Assembly: GCA_951406725.2 (NCBI GenBank)
Contig: OX597830.1
Coordinates: 70,680,001 to 70,744,000 of the forward strand
Length of the DNA stretch: 64,000 bases
Direction: 5' to 3'
Origin: Octopus vulgaris
Lineage: Eukaryota
Position 1 is the stretch's first letter, and every line of letters begins with the position of its first letter. Positions 48,624 through 63,075 of the stretch are shown here, in pieces. The notes beneath the pieces are model-generated. The model was not told the origin of the DNA. It did no database searches and worked only from the letters and a program-made list of their open reading frames with translations. Position numbers and translations under genes: made by a program.

Positions 48624-48701
48624 AAAATTACCTGAAGATTGACTGTAACCATAACTCGAATTATTACGAATTGGACAGCCATAAAACGATCGTAGTGTTT
48701 T
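48624..48701 (+). ncRNA. Hammerhead ribozyme relic (G12->A) in a short element between two (TA)n tracts
   Basis: AAATTAC-CTGAAGA-T-TGACTGT...ACAGCCA-T-AAAA-CGATCG-TA^GTGTTTT. The element extends to ~48835. Confidence 0.6.
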
Positions 48702-48832
48702 ACTCATTATCTTTTATTAAACTTTTAATACTTTTGATATATATTTAAAATAATATAAATTAATTAATTTTATGTATTGGCTTAAGTTTTTCATTGTTTG
48801 ATTTGCCTAATAGTGGTTTTATCTCTAATTTA

Positions 48833-48889
<57 letters not shown>

Positions 48890-49689
48890 CTTTACTACCC
48901 ACAAGGGGCTAAACATAGAGGGGACAAACAAGGACAGACAAACGAATTAAGACGATTACATCGACCCCAGTGCTTAACTGGTACTTCCTTTATCGACCCC
49001 GAAAGGATGAAAGGCAAAGTCGACCTCATATATATATATATGTCTCATTAAATATATTTAATACTTTATATGGATGTATTAATTATTCTACTTCATATTT
49101 CCCACAATTTTCCGTTATTACCTTTCATATTCAGATTGCTGAGAAATATCATGAATTCACCTTTAGCCTATTCACGCTGCATGCTTGGACTTCTTGATTG
49201 AAGTGCACACAGCCACCCACCACCCAGATAAATCCGAAATTACATATTAAAAATTCGAAAGGCCAATGGGTGTTAGCGTCACTTCACGTCTATAGACAAA
49301 TATAGTTGTTCTGGAAGTTTCTCAGTGAATGTGAATAATTAATGTTTACGTCTTCGTAGCTCTTGCACGAATCTATCAAATATGTTATAAATGTGCAACT
49401 TTTGCTTAAAATAATAGCCATTAATTCCTGTTCTTTTAAAATTTGGCCGATTTCATTGGAAGAGATCATTAATTCTTGGACACCGTGCATTTCGGTAGTT
49501 TTAAATACATGTACATGCGCAACATTTGTGCAATTTGGTAGAATGTTTTACAACATATTGTACATATTAAAAGAAGTGAATGAAATCTGTATAATATTTG
49601 ATGAGGGATGGATATAATTTCCTTATTTTTCTCTTAATTTGACGATTTGTTTACTTCCAAACAGCAGCCTCCTTCTTTCATTTATTCTT

Positions 49690-49889
49690 TTATTGTTTTA
49701 CTTGTTTCAGTCATTTGACTGCGGGCATGCTGGAGCACTGCCTTTTAGTCGAAAAAAATTAGACCCCAGGACGTATTCTTTGTAAGCCCGGTACTTATGC
49801 TACCGGTATCTTTTGCCGAACTGTTAAGATACGGGGACGTAAACACACCAGCTTAGGTTGTCAAGCGATGTTGGTGGGGAACACACACA

Positions 49890-49931
<42 letters not shown>

Positions 49932-50068
49932 TATATACATGCGAAGGCTTCTTTCCGTCTACCAAATCGGCCCGAGTCTTTAGTAGAAGACATTGCCGAA
50001 GGTGCCACACAGTGGGACTGAACCCGGATCTATGTGCATGGTAAGCAAGCTACTTACCACACAGCCAT
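49690..50068 (-). mobile_element. SINE family B
   Basis: Family B consensus on the minus strand with internal (CA)n. Confidence 0.75.
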
Positions 50069-50408
50069 ATGTATGTATGTATGTATGTATGTATTTATGT
50101 ATGTATGTATGTATGTATGTATGTATGTATGCATGTATGTATGTATGCATGCATGTATGTATGTATGTATCCATGCATGTATGTATGCATGTATGCATGC
50201 ATGAATATATGTATGTATATATGTATGTATGTCTGCGTGCGTGTGTGTGTGTGAATGTGTGTGCGTGTGTGTATGTGCGTGTATGTTTGTATGAATATAT
50301 GTATGCATAACACTGGTAGAAACGCAATATCATAAAACAGAAATTCTTATTTTTTCTTATTGTCCTTATCACAAATACACGCACACGCGCGCACACACAT
50401 TCACACAT

Positions 50409-50445
<37 letters not shown>

Positions 50446-50609
50446 TCCCTCTTTCTCTTTTTGTTTGATTCACAGATGTTCAAGTACATACATAATGGAT
50501 ACATTCTCACAAATTGACTCACACACACTTACGCATAAATTTGCGAGTTTGTGTGGGTGTGTGTGTCTATGTAAGTTTGCATCTACATCACTCTCTCTCT
50601 ATCTCTATC

Positions 50610-50722
<113 letters not shown>

Positions 50723-50855
50723 AATCTATCTGCTTGTCTGTCTATCTATCTATTATCTATCTTTTTTCTATCTATCTGTCTATCTGTCTGTCTGTCTATC
50801 TATCAACCTGTCTGTCAGCCTATCTGTCTGTCTGTCTATCTATCTATGATATATA

Positions 50856-50922
<67 letters not shown>

Positions 50923-51631
50923 TCTATATGCTATATATATATATGCTACATGCTATATGCCATATATATATATATATAAACAGAAGATTTATTGAGACAT
51001 ACACATGCACTGATTGACACACGCACACATAAACCTTCGCACAAATACACACACGCACACACACATGCACGCAATTGTAATTACATGTACATATACACAC
51101 ACAAACATAAACATTCGTGTGCACCGCCGTACTCATACGACTACAAAAATATTCCGTGCTTCCATGACTTAAGAGGCCTTTTAAAAATTTATGTTGTCAA
51201 TTTAGTGGAGGAAATTTTAGTCTTAGAAGTGGAAGCATGACGTGAAAAATGCGTAAAAACCGTTTTAAAACAGGCGACATCTTGGGAAATTTGATAATGA
51301 AATAATCTTATAGAACCCTTAAAACGAACGCTATTCGATTTTAAATACGATGAAGATTTATTGGTCTAGTAGTGAGGTGTGTGGTGTAGAGCGATGCAGG
51401 GTGGTGTGGTTTTGGTTTTGGTTATGCAGTGTCTATAGTGCGGCGTGTGTAACGGTGTAAAAACGAATGCTTTATAGTGGTATTTAATAAAGTTTATATT
51501 CTTTCGTATTTTACGCCCGGGAGTTATTAAACTATCTTACGGAAAATGTATTTACGTGTGCGCCGTATGCGTGTATGTATGTTTGCATGTATGTATGTAT
51601 GTATGTATGTATGTATGTATGTATGTATGTA

Positions 51632-51664
<33 letters not shown>

Positions 51665-52033
51665 GTGTGTGTGTGTGTAAATATATGCATACATTACATA
51701 CATGCATTTATATATATATATGTATGTATGTATATATATACCCTGCGCGTGCACACACACACACAGATATATAATGTGTTTGCATGCATGTATGTATGCG
51801 TGCATATGTACCTGTTCGTTTATTTGTATGCAGGATTTCGTAGGCGTTTATGTGTGTGTATGGATGTCTCTACATATATTTGTGTATATTTCTATGTACC
51901 TAGATATATATATATGTTCGTGTGTATATATGTATGCGAAACATGCGTATGTATGTATGTATGTATGTATAACTTGAGAATGTTTTGCGTGTAGTGAATG
52001 TGCTTGAAACTCGTAGTGTCATAAACTATTTAG

Positions 52034-52081
<48 letters not shown>

Positions 52082-53133
52082 TTATATATATATTATATAT
52101 GTATGATATAGTGTTCCTGTATCAATGTGTGTGTGCGTGCAAGCGTCTGAGAGCAATAGAGAAGGGGATGAGAGAAAGAAAGAAAGTAAGGGAGAGAAAA
52201 AGATGGCGGGTTTCAATACTTGAATAAAATTGTGTTTGTCGTACTTTATGCTTGTGTATTATAGTTTGACAGACAGCATGCATTTTAATGTGCAAGTCTG
52301 TGGTAAGGGTTAAGTATTATATGAGTATATCTTTAGAAATTAGGATCGTGGATTGGTAGCTATGTGGATAAAGTGCTGACTTTCAAACCAGATGAACGTC
52401 GATTCGTATACTCTCATCGAAACCCAGTGCAGTTCTGATCGAAGAGACTTGTGATCAAAGATATTCCTACAGTGACAATTCTGAATTTTTAAGGGTATCT
52501 AGATCCACATTATCTGATGTGACATTTCCTTAACGAAGATAAACAAGGTAAAAAAATGGATTAATTTGAGGAATATGTTGTGGGCTACTCCTATCGTATG
52601 AAAGGACGAAAGGGTCAAGTATAATGTCCAGTAGTTGGCATTGATAGTTGGACATTGCCGCAATTACTTTGCTGTATCTACTTAAATTGCCGGATTGTGT
52701 TGCTATTGCCGTTTGTTCGTAGTTCAGCCCTGATCAAGCGGAGCTACTCTCAAAAGCTTTCCAATCGTAAATTTCTATATTACGTTGGATGTAACTTTAT
52801 ATAGACTCAGCAAGTTCAGTAGACATTTGATGGAGGAGAACTAAGTTTAAAAGCATTCCATCTGTGACCACCCTGCAGATTTGTATACGTCTTATAAGAC
52901 ATAACTACATGCTCACCGTGGTTGGGCTCAGATCAAATGCATTTCAATCGTGGCCATCCCCTGTACATGTATATTATGTAGGACTCAATTACATGTTAAA
53001 TGATTGTTCAGTGAAACAAGGCGCTTTTTAAATTAGAAACACTGTTTCTACGATGAACTAACACACAGTCAAGTTTAGATTGAATAAAGCTATAATCATA
53101 AACATTCCAGTTTGACGATCCTGCTTAATTGTA

Positions 53134-53359
53134 TAGAGTGCGCCAGAAAAGTTGTCCCGATTTCAAAAGTTAAAAAATAAGCACGAAGATAGAAGGAAAA
53201 ACGATGTTCTCCATTCCAGGCCATGATGTGTAGTATCTGAAACAGAAAAAAAATGGCATTTAACGAACTTCATAGAAACACAAAGTTTTTTCATGCATCT
53301 TCATGTGTTTGTTTTTTTATTAACCTTTGAAATCGGGTTTTCCTTTTTGCTGCTCCCTG
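53134..53359. mobile_element. Old Tc1/mariner-type MITE
   Basis: ta-tagagtgcgccagaaaagttgtcccgatttcaaaagttaa / ttaacctttgaaatcgggttttcctttttgctgctccctg-ta. Confidence 0.55.
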
Positions 53360-53563
53360 TATATTATGGATGATGTTATTACAAGTTGACTGAGCATTGA
53401 GTGTGCCAGTGGGCTTTTTGAATTACAAGCGTATTCTTTCCGTTAAGCTTAGAAACAACCTGGTTTATTTTCACTCAGAAACCTTGAGTAGACTAGTTAT
53501 ATGATAATAGCGTAGCGTGGGTTATGCGGACCATGCAGGCGGCCATTTTGTTATTTATTATTA

Positions 53564-53636
<73 letters not shown>

Positions 53637-54102
53637 CATCATTTTTGGACGATGGAGTACCTTTCTCGATTACAGTGATTGCTATAATCAAAAGAATGTT
53701 ATGTTTACGGAAGGGTCGGCTAATTTAGGTACCCACTGGGTGCTTGAAATTTGTTTGACATTGAAGCATAATCAGTTATGTTTTTACTCACGGATAACAA
53801 AATGTCCTACATATATGATATTTGTTTTAAATTTTGATAGAAGGCAGGCAATTTCAGGGAAGAGGTAAGTCAATTACATTGACCCCAGTGTTCAACTGGT
53901 ACTTGTTTTATCGACCCTGAAAGGATGAAAGGCAAAGTCGGCCTCGGCGGAATTTGAACTCTGAACGAAAAGCGAGACGAAATGCCGCTGAGCATCTTGC
54001 ACAGCGTGCTAACGATTCTGCCAGATCGCCGTCTTTCCTCCACATATAATATTCCCACCAAATATATATATATGTATATGTGCGTATGTGTGTGTGTGTG
54101 TA

Positions 54103-54340
54103 CAGTCATACCTCAGCTTACGTTGTTAATTGTTTCCAAGTTATGCTACTTAACTCGGAGAGACCACGTAACACGAAAAACATTTTTGAAAAAAGTTATT
54201 AATATAAATGATTTGCACATATTTTCATATGTATATTATTTGTTTTTTCTATCTCAGTATTTAAAAAAAAAATTCTGTTTTTAAATATGTTTACTGTGAC
54301 AGACGTAAAGTCGGATAAATCGACTGTAGTTGAGGTATAT
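54103..54340. mobile_element. Tigger/pogo-like MITE relic
   Basis: ta-cagtcatacctcagcttacg ... tgtagttgaggtat imperfect inverted ends. Confidence 0.45.
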
Positions 54341-54746
54341 TTTCTTTTAAAAAATTATATAAAGTCAGTAAGACGTAACTCGAAATAGCTTCATTTGAGG
54401 TGTTGGAAAATATTATCAATGACACCGTTGCTTTGGAACTGTTAAAAATCCATTTACTCTGATTACATTAATGAATTTGACAAATTAATTATCAATATCG
54501 TCCTTGAAATATAAGTGATGGACATAACTGAAACTTCATCGGTTACAAGTGTTTCAGTTGACCTAATCAACGGAACAACCCCGAGGAATTAACGTACAAT
54601 GAGTGAGATATCCACAGGTATGCATAAGCTTAACGTAGTTCTCAGGGAGAATCAACACGATACATTGAATATGACAAGGTTGGGCCTTTAAATTACAGCA
54701 CACCTCACTTTTGCCAGCTGAGAGGAATGAAGCAAGAAGTAATGTA

Positions 54747-55313
54747 TTGGGTTGTCCGGAAAGTTTGTGCCGATTTTTAAAGGAAAGAAAAAGGTCAATA
54801 AATACTTGCTATTACATTTTTAATCAACTAAATATGAACCATTTTGTTGCACAATGCATCTTCATCTTTCCTTTAACTTGAAAATATCCTCTTCCCAGAA
54901 TTGAGGTGGTTTCATGGCAAAGAATTAATCAAGGTATCTTTTTACGTCATCCAAGGAATTGAAATTTTAACCATTACGACTATTCTGCAGAGACCTGAAT
55001 AAGTGGAAATCCGAAGGAGCAACATCTAGTGAATATGGAGGGTGGGGTAACATATCCCAACCGAGCTGCAGCAATTTTTGTCTGGTTCCCAAAAGTATCA
55101 AGTGCCGAAAATGAATTTTCTTATCTTCCAATTTAGAGGGTTGCATTATTAACACAGGTTATAGGAACATAAACTTTCTTCCACGAAAAGATAGCTTAAA
55201 CTGTGCCCTAAATGGGGATGTAGTCAAATCCTATCTTATAGACTCTACTATGTTCTAAAATAAGTCGAAAGGTAAGGTACTATAAATCGGCACGAACTTT
55301 CCGGACAACCCAA
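54747..55313 (-). mobile_element. Internally deleted mariner element inserted into a SINE C copy
   Basis: TIRs ttgggttgtccggaaagtttgtgccgattt / aaatcggcacgaactttccggacaacccaa with TA TSD. The peptide fuses the N-terminus (EDKKIHFRHLIL) to the C-terminus (LGWDMLPHPPYSLDVAPSDFHLFRSLQN). Confidence 0.92.
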
Positions 55314-55589
55314 TATTTTGCTTAAGGACACAAAATTCCGCCGAGAATCGAATTCACGTCCTTGTGATCGTAAGCCGAATAGACCTAACCACTAAGCGAT
55401 GGATAGGCAAAATCATGTCGTGTTTTGTTTCGTACTTTGACGTTCTGAGTTCAAATCCTACCGGTATCAAATTTGTTTTTACTTTTCCAAGGTTGGCAAA
55501 ATGAAATACCAGTCACATTACTGAAGTCAATATATAACTGATAATAGTGTCTCATAGATTACTTTTTCGAACAAAAGGTTATGGCTGAA

Positions 55590-55937
55590 AATATCAAGGG
55601 AAATTTGCTGGGGAGCATCATAGCCGTGTGTTGAAAGGAATTCTTGGAGGTTTGGATAATTCACCTCTGGAAACATGGGTGGTTCGTTCTGCATCCTTAA
55701 ACAATCTTTATTCAGGGACCTTTTGAGCGGGATGGGCTACTCGACCAGATAAAATTCTAACTGGGCCCTACCTGTAAGGTCATTTGCTGTTTATCTTGAT
55801 ATGAGATCACCATGTCGCGCACATATGGTTGTGATGCATGTGCCTGGTGTACCCTTATCAGACGGGTAGTCATACTGGGCTTCGTATATTTTACCTCAGC
55901 GTCACTTTGATGGCATGCACTGCTCTCTCACTCAACA
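55590..55937 (+). mobile_element. Probable 3' end of a non-LTR retroelement with (AAT)n tail
   Basis: Unique sequence ending gcactgctctctcactcaac runs directly into a long (AAT)n then (AAG)n array. Confidence 0.45.
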
Positions 55938-55962
55938 ATAATAATAATAATAAAAATAATAA

Positions 55963-56144
<182 letters not shown>

Positions 56145-56520
56145 AGAAGAGGAAGAAGAAGAAGAGGAAGAGGAAGAAGAAGAAGAAGAAGAAGAAGAAG
56201 AAGAAGAAGAAGAAGAAGAAGCATTTGAGTGTTGTTATTCTACTGAGCAGAGGTTTCAGCTATAACCATCCCATCCTTTTGCATATATAATGCTTTATTT
56301 TCCATATATTGCTTTATTACCCCCTCTTGTTTTAAAGATAGGGTTTAAATTGAAGGGGATTTAGTTGCTATTTCTTGTAAGTGGAATGAACACGTAAAGC
56401 TTCTGTATTAAATCGAATCAGTACCAGGAACATGCAGGAGTAAGTCTAGTCGACTATGATATTATTTGTAAAGAAACTGGTCTTCTACCAAAAGAATAAT
56501 TTGCCAATGTATACATACAT

Positions 56521-56768
56521 GTGGAGGCGCGTGGCTTAATGGTTAGGGTGTCAGCATCATGATCGTAAGATTGTGATTTCGATTCCTGGACCGGGCGATA
56601 CATTGTGTTCTTGAGCAAAACACTTTATTTCACGTTGCTCCAGTCCACTCAGCTGGCAAAACTGAATAATGATGCGATGGACTGGCGTCCCGTCCAGCTG
56701 GGGAACACATACGCCATTGAAACCGGGAAACCGGGCCCATGAGCCTGGCTAGGCTTTAAAAGGGCGAA
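56521..56768 (+). mobile_element. tRNA-derived SINE family C
   Basis: Reverse complement of the 3767-4012 copy. Confidence 0.85.
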
Positions 56769-57468
56769 AGAAGAAGTATAAATACATAATACATACATAC
56801 ATACATGCATGCATACATACATTCATACATACATACATACAAACATACATACATGCATGCATACATACATACATACATACATACATACATACATACATAC
56901 ATACATACATACATACATACATACACTGTTAATATTAAAATCTTAATGAAAAAGCCATGTTTCCAGATTCGAACCCGTCTCTTTCTCTATCGGATAAAAA
57001 GTTGAACAATGGAAAGAGAACATCCCTCCATCTATCAACCCATTCATCCATGCATAAAAATATACATGCAAACATCTACCCATCCAAACATCTATCCATC
57101 CATACATACATGCACACAAAGGTTCGCACATCCATACCAGTAATTATACACTTCCATAGGGGAATAAATCATATTTCTTATAATTAATATATTTCTGGTT
57201 GTCAATGTCACTTCATTTCTTTCTGACAATTTCTTTAACAAATCCTGGAATTATATTTTCCACTTGTATACTTTGGTCCGCCCCTGACTTTCATTCCCCT
57301 CCCCACTTTTCTTTCTTTCTTTTTTTCTTCCTTTCTTTCCTTCTTTCTTTCTTTCTTTCTTATCTGTTTGTTAACACATTTCCGAACATTCACACTCACC
57401 CTCCTCTCCCGCACCGTGTCCTTCTTTAACTCTTCCTTCCTCTTTCTCTTTTTCTCTTGCTCTCCATT

Positions 57469-57551
<83 letters not shown>

Positions 57552-57895
57552 TTCTATCAATCACTTTCCATGTATTTCCTTGTCTCTCTTAACTCCCTCA
57601 CTCTCCTCTCATAATCCTTTGTCTCTCAATCTCTTGCTACTCCTTCTCTCCCTTTCCCTCTCTCCCCTCGCACTCTCTACCATTCTCTCAAACCATTTTG
57701 CTCCTTTACATTTGTCTTTCTTTCTCTCTATCTCTCTCTCTTTCTCACTCACACATATACACTGACATATACATACTCACATACATACACACCTTAAGTC
57801 TCGAAGGAAAGACGAATAATAGAATCTCAGCAACTAACGCCACACACGCAAACATACATACATACACGCGCACACACACGCATGCACACGCACAT

Positions 57896-57938
<43 letters not shown>

Positions 57939-58398
57939 AACAAATTAACAAACACACCGTTGAGAGATGTGTCCCGTATGTCCTGTGTGTTCACAGTAAT
58001 TGAATTAAACCGTCTTTTGTATAACAAGAAGCAGAAAGAATTAATAGCAGACAAGCCAAGCAGAAGGTGACTTTTAAAATAACGGACCAATGCTTTGCTG
58101 AGAATTCTCTTCAGAATGGTGATGATTTACGAAATAAATTTTTCAAAATATACGCAAAAATAACAAACGAAAAACGCAAACAATCAAAACAGACCCAAAA
58201 CAAATATACATACACAAACAAACGCATACGCACACGCACACTCACACACACACACACATGCACACATCTTAATTCCATCTCGCAAAGCCGTGAAGGTATT
58301 AAATTTTTCGCTGACTTCATCACAAACCAAACAGATAAGATACAATTTTTGCGTATTTTTTCTATCCCATTCCATTATTCGTTTATTTATTTACAAAC

Positions 58399-58429
<31 letters not shown>

Positions 58430-58440
58430 TACTATTACTA

Positions 58441-58471
<31 letters not shown>

Positions 58472-58480
58472 TACTATTAC

Positions 58481-58516
<36 letters not shown>

Positions 58517-58555
58517 CATTATTATTATTATTATTATTATTACTATTACTATTAC

Positions 58556-58618
<63 letters not shown>

Positions 58619-58769
58619 CATTATTATCGTTATTATCATTCTTCTTATTATTATTACTATTGTTATTATTATCGATATTACCGTGGTTATATTTTTGCTT
58701 GAATTACAATGATGAATTCAAATTTTTAAAACCATGTACATAAAATATACATGTACATTTACATATATA

Positions 58770-58832
<63 letters not shown>

Positions 58833-59087
58833 GCATGTATGTACATATATGTATAAATGTATATATATATATATACATATACATGTATGTGTGTGTTTGT
58901 GTGTGTGTGCGTATGTGTGTGAGTACATATCTTTATACTTACACATATATACACATATAATCAATTTCATTTGAGGTTAAAAATCTTGGAAGCGAAGGGT
59001 AGATGGCAGGCTGGTTTTTCCTTACAATTCCTTTCTATTCTAATAAGATGTTATTATCATTTTGGGGGACGGTTCTCGCTATTATTA

Positions 59088-59178
<91 letters not shown>

Positions 59179-59391
59179 CTTGATTGTAGTAGTATTATAA
59201 TTATTGGCACGTAGCCATATTTATTTTTTTTTCTCTTAGTATATTTTGTTTTTTGAAATTCTTCATCACATTGTTGCTATATCTCTTATTACACCAGATG
59301 CCATTTTCCATTGTAATCTTATATCATCATAATCGTCGTCATCATCATCATCATCATCATCACTACCACCACCACCACCACCACCACCACC

Positions 59392-59442
<51 letters not shown>

Positions 59443-59984
59443 GTCATAATCATCATCGTCGTCGTCATCATTGTCATCATCATCATCGTCGTCGTCGTCG
59501 TCGTCGTCATCATCATCATCATCATCATCATCATCGTCATCCTCATCCTCATCATCATCGTCATCATCATCATCATCGTCAACATCGTCATCATCATCGC
59601 CGTCGTCATCGTCATCGTCATCGTCATCATCATCATTATCTTTATTATTATTATCATAGTAGCAGTAGTAGTGGTAGTAGTAGTAGTAGTAATAGTAGAG
59701 CCACTAGCAGTTGTAGTAGTAGTAGTAATATTACTAATAACTCTGATCTTGTTACATGGTGTTAACATTTTGGATATTCTGCTTTTTTATTTGTTTTTCT
59801 TGAAATTTTGCCAGCTTTTTTTCATTCGTGATTCCATGTGAGTTTATGAGAAAACCTCTCTCTCACACACCTACATATTTATATACATACATACATACAT
59901 ACATACATACATACATACATACATACATACATACATACATACATACATACACACATACATACATACATACACACATATATATAG

Positions 59985-60130
<146 letters not shown>

Positions 60131-61516
60131 TATATACATATATATCTTCACATATATTTTGCCGTCCCCTTCTATCTCTCGGTGCAGCGTTAGGGAAATA
60201 GATAGCTGTCAGAATCAACACGACCAAAAAGTCTTCTGGGTAAATCCTTCAATTGTACGGTTTGAAAACTTGTTTATTAACCGCTGCATTGCATTCGTCG
60301 TTGTTTGTCGATCTGTTTGTCTTGTCCGTTTTCGTTTTTTCTTGTCATGTTTTCTTAATATCCGTTTGCATTCATTTTATGTTGTTGACATTGTTGTTGT
60401 TCTTGTTGCTGTTGTTGTTGTTGTTAGTTTTTCATATGTGAAGTTGGTGTGTGAGTTTGTGTCGGGGGGCGGAGCTCGATATACATCGACTGCTGAGAGT
60501 GTCGTGCGCACAAATCGTCGTACGAGTGTTCTTTCAGATAAAGCAACCATTTTGTCTGTCTGAAAGGAAATTGAAACGGCAAATTCCAACACTAAGATAA
60601 CTTGATTTTTGTTACAATTCCTACGCGTCTATGAATAAGGGTGTGTATGTGTGTGTGTGTATGTGTGTGAGTGTGTGTGTGTGTGTGCGTGAATGCAAGT
60701 CCCCACGGGGTGAAAGTTACTAGTTTTTTAATAAATGCATATGTGTGTATGTGTGCGTGTGTGTATAAACATATATATATATATATGCATACGTATACAT
60801 ATACATACACAGAGACATACAACACACAAGCATAATACATTGTACAGCGCTTGCGCATGCGTATGTGTATATGTGCATATTTGCCTATAAACGTAAATGT
60901 ATTTATATAACATTATATAATATAATATAATATAATATAATATAATATAATATAATATAATATAATATAATATATGTAAAACATTGCACAGTATATATGT
61001 GAGTATGCGTACGTATGTGTACGTACTGTGTTTGTCTGTTTGTCTGTATGTCTGTGTATGAATTTACCCTATTATAAGAAATGTTTCTTTTAATATTTTC
61101 AATGGTTTCCATTTCTGATAATTCGCTGATTAATTATCTCCTTCTATTTATTTTTTATTTTTTTTACCAAATTTCTTGTTGCTATTGTTGCTAGATGTTT
61201 CTGTTGAATGGCTAATTTTTTCTTTTCGAATTTTTTAATATTTTCTTGCAATTCCTATGTGTAAAGACAAGACAAGTGCAGTGTAATGGAAAACAATAAA
61301 CGCAGGTGACGAATTGGCCCAACGAGGGACCGTCTAAGCATTCGGATTGGTTACGGTTGATATAGCGACTGTGTGGGAAGAGGTTTATTTCCCAACCACA
61401 TGGTTTCGGTTTCAGTTCTACTGCAGGACACGTTGTGGAATTGTCTTCTACTATAACCTCGGCCGTAAAGCCTTGTGAGGGGGATTTGACAGACGGAAAC
61501 TAAAGGAAGCCCGTCG

Positions 61517-61553
<37 letters not shown>

Positions 61554-61708
61554 TAATCGAAGTGTACAGTATTAAATATCCATTACGACTTATGTTACAA
61601 ATCGGTTTCTCACTATTGGTTCTAAGGAATGTCAGGTAAGAATCCGATCATGCAACCCTGCGCATATACGAGGTAACCGTTATGGAATGAAATATGGCGA
61701 CTTATTAA

Positions 61709-61839
61709 TATATACACTCTTCTGACAGATATACGAGTGCCTTTTGCCCTGACTTATAGACTCTTAGACGGTTTACATATATATATATATATATATATAT
61801 GTAAACCGTCTAAGAGTCTATAAGTCAGGGCAAAAGGCA

Positions 61840-61870
<31 letters not shown>

Positions 61871-61932
61871 CGTCTAAGAGTCTATAAGTCAGGGCAAAAG
61901 GCACTCGTATATCTGTCAGAAGAGTGTATATA
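61709..61932. repeat. Perfect palindrome with (AT)n spacers and partial duplication of one arm
   Basis: Arm A 61709-61776, partial A' 61801-61838, full A' 61865-61932. Confidence 0.9.
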
Positions 61933-61953
61933 TAGCAAGTACAGAGAGATGGT

Positions 61954-62037
<84 letters not shown>

Positions 62038-62044
62038 TGTATGG

Positions 62045-62092
<48 letters not shown>

Positions 62093-62419
62093 GTGTGTGT
62101 GTGTTTAAGAAGGGCTGAAAGATGGACTACGCAATTTGATTTTGAAGCAATCTATACTGTTTGATTGTAATCTTACGGTCGAAATTCTTTTGGTGTCAAA
62201 AATTCAGGTTTAGCATCGTTAAAACCAATGTGGAGGCCTAGCGAAGTAGCGAAGAGTAATATATATGTATGTATATGTGTGTGTGTGTGTATGTGTGTGT
62301 ATGTATGTGTGTGTGTGTGTGTTCTTCAACGTCGCTTGAATACCGTTGATGGTTTGTTTAATTCCCCGTAAACTAGCGGTTCGGTATAAGAGTCCAATAG
62401 ATTAAATACCAAGCTCAAG

Positions 62420-62855
62420 GCCATTCCTCTGTACTTGCTATATAGACAGCTATCTGTCTGTCACTTTTTCTATTAAGATCACTCAGCAACCATCTGTACT
62501 AGCTCGTGTGAATCAACCATCAAAATATATAGACCATCCCTCTGTACTTGCTATATAGACAACTATATGTCGTAGTTATATAGACCATTCCTCTCTACAT
62601 GATAAGTAGTCCACCTCTGTACACGTTATATTGACCAACTATCTATAATTACTTGCCATATACACTAAACCCCTGTGCTTATATAAACCAGCGATCTGTA
62701 CTTGCTATATAGACCAAACAACTCTTTTTACTATATAGACTAAATATTGTATAGACCAGCAATATATACACCAGTAATCTGTACTTGCTATATACGCCAA
62801 TTCTTGGGATTTGTTATACAGACCAATCGCCTGTACTTGCTATTACAGACCAATT
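62420..62855 (+). repeat. Degenerate ~26-30 bp minisatellite
   Basis: Recurrent ctgtacttgctatatagacca. One reverse copy at ~61930-61955. Confidence 0.75.
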
Positions 62856-62857
62856 AG

Positions 62858-63075
62858 AAAGCGGCGAGTTAGCAGAATCGTTACCCCACCGAGTAAAATG
62901 CTTCGTGGAATAACTTCTGGCTTTATGTTCTGAGTTCAAATGGTACCGCGGTTTAAATTTACCAGTCATTCTTTCGGGGTCGATAAAATAAAGTACAAGT
63001 CAAGCACTGGGTTCGATGATATCGCCTCACTCCTTCCCCAAAATTGCTCGCCTTGTACCAAAATTTCAAACCCAT
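62858..63075 (+). mobile_element. Diverged SINE family A
   Basis: gcggcgagttagcagaatcg...ttctgagttcaaa...ctttcggggtcgataaaataaagtac. Confidence 0.75.

Noticed and set aside
49040-49620. Possible transposase relic or exon on the minus strand
   Set aside because: No motif I could assign with confidence.
59253-59768. Poly-His/Ser/Met ORFs
   Set aside because: Trinucleotide microsatellite translations.
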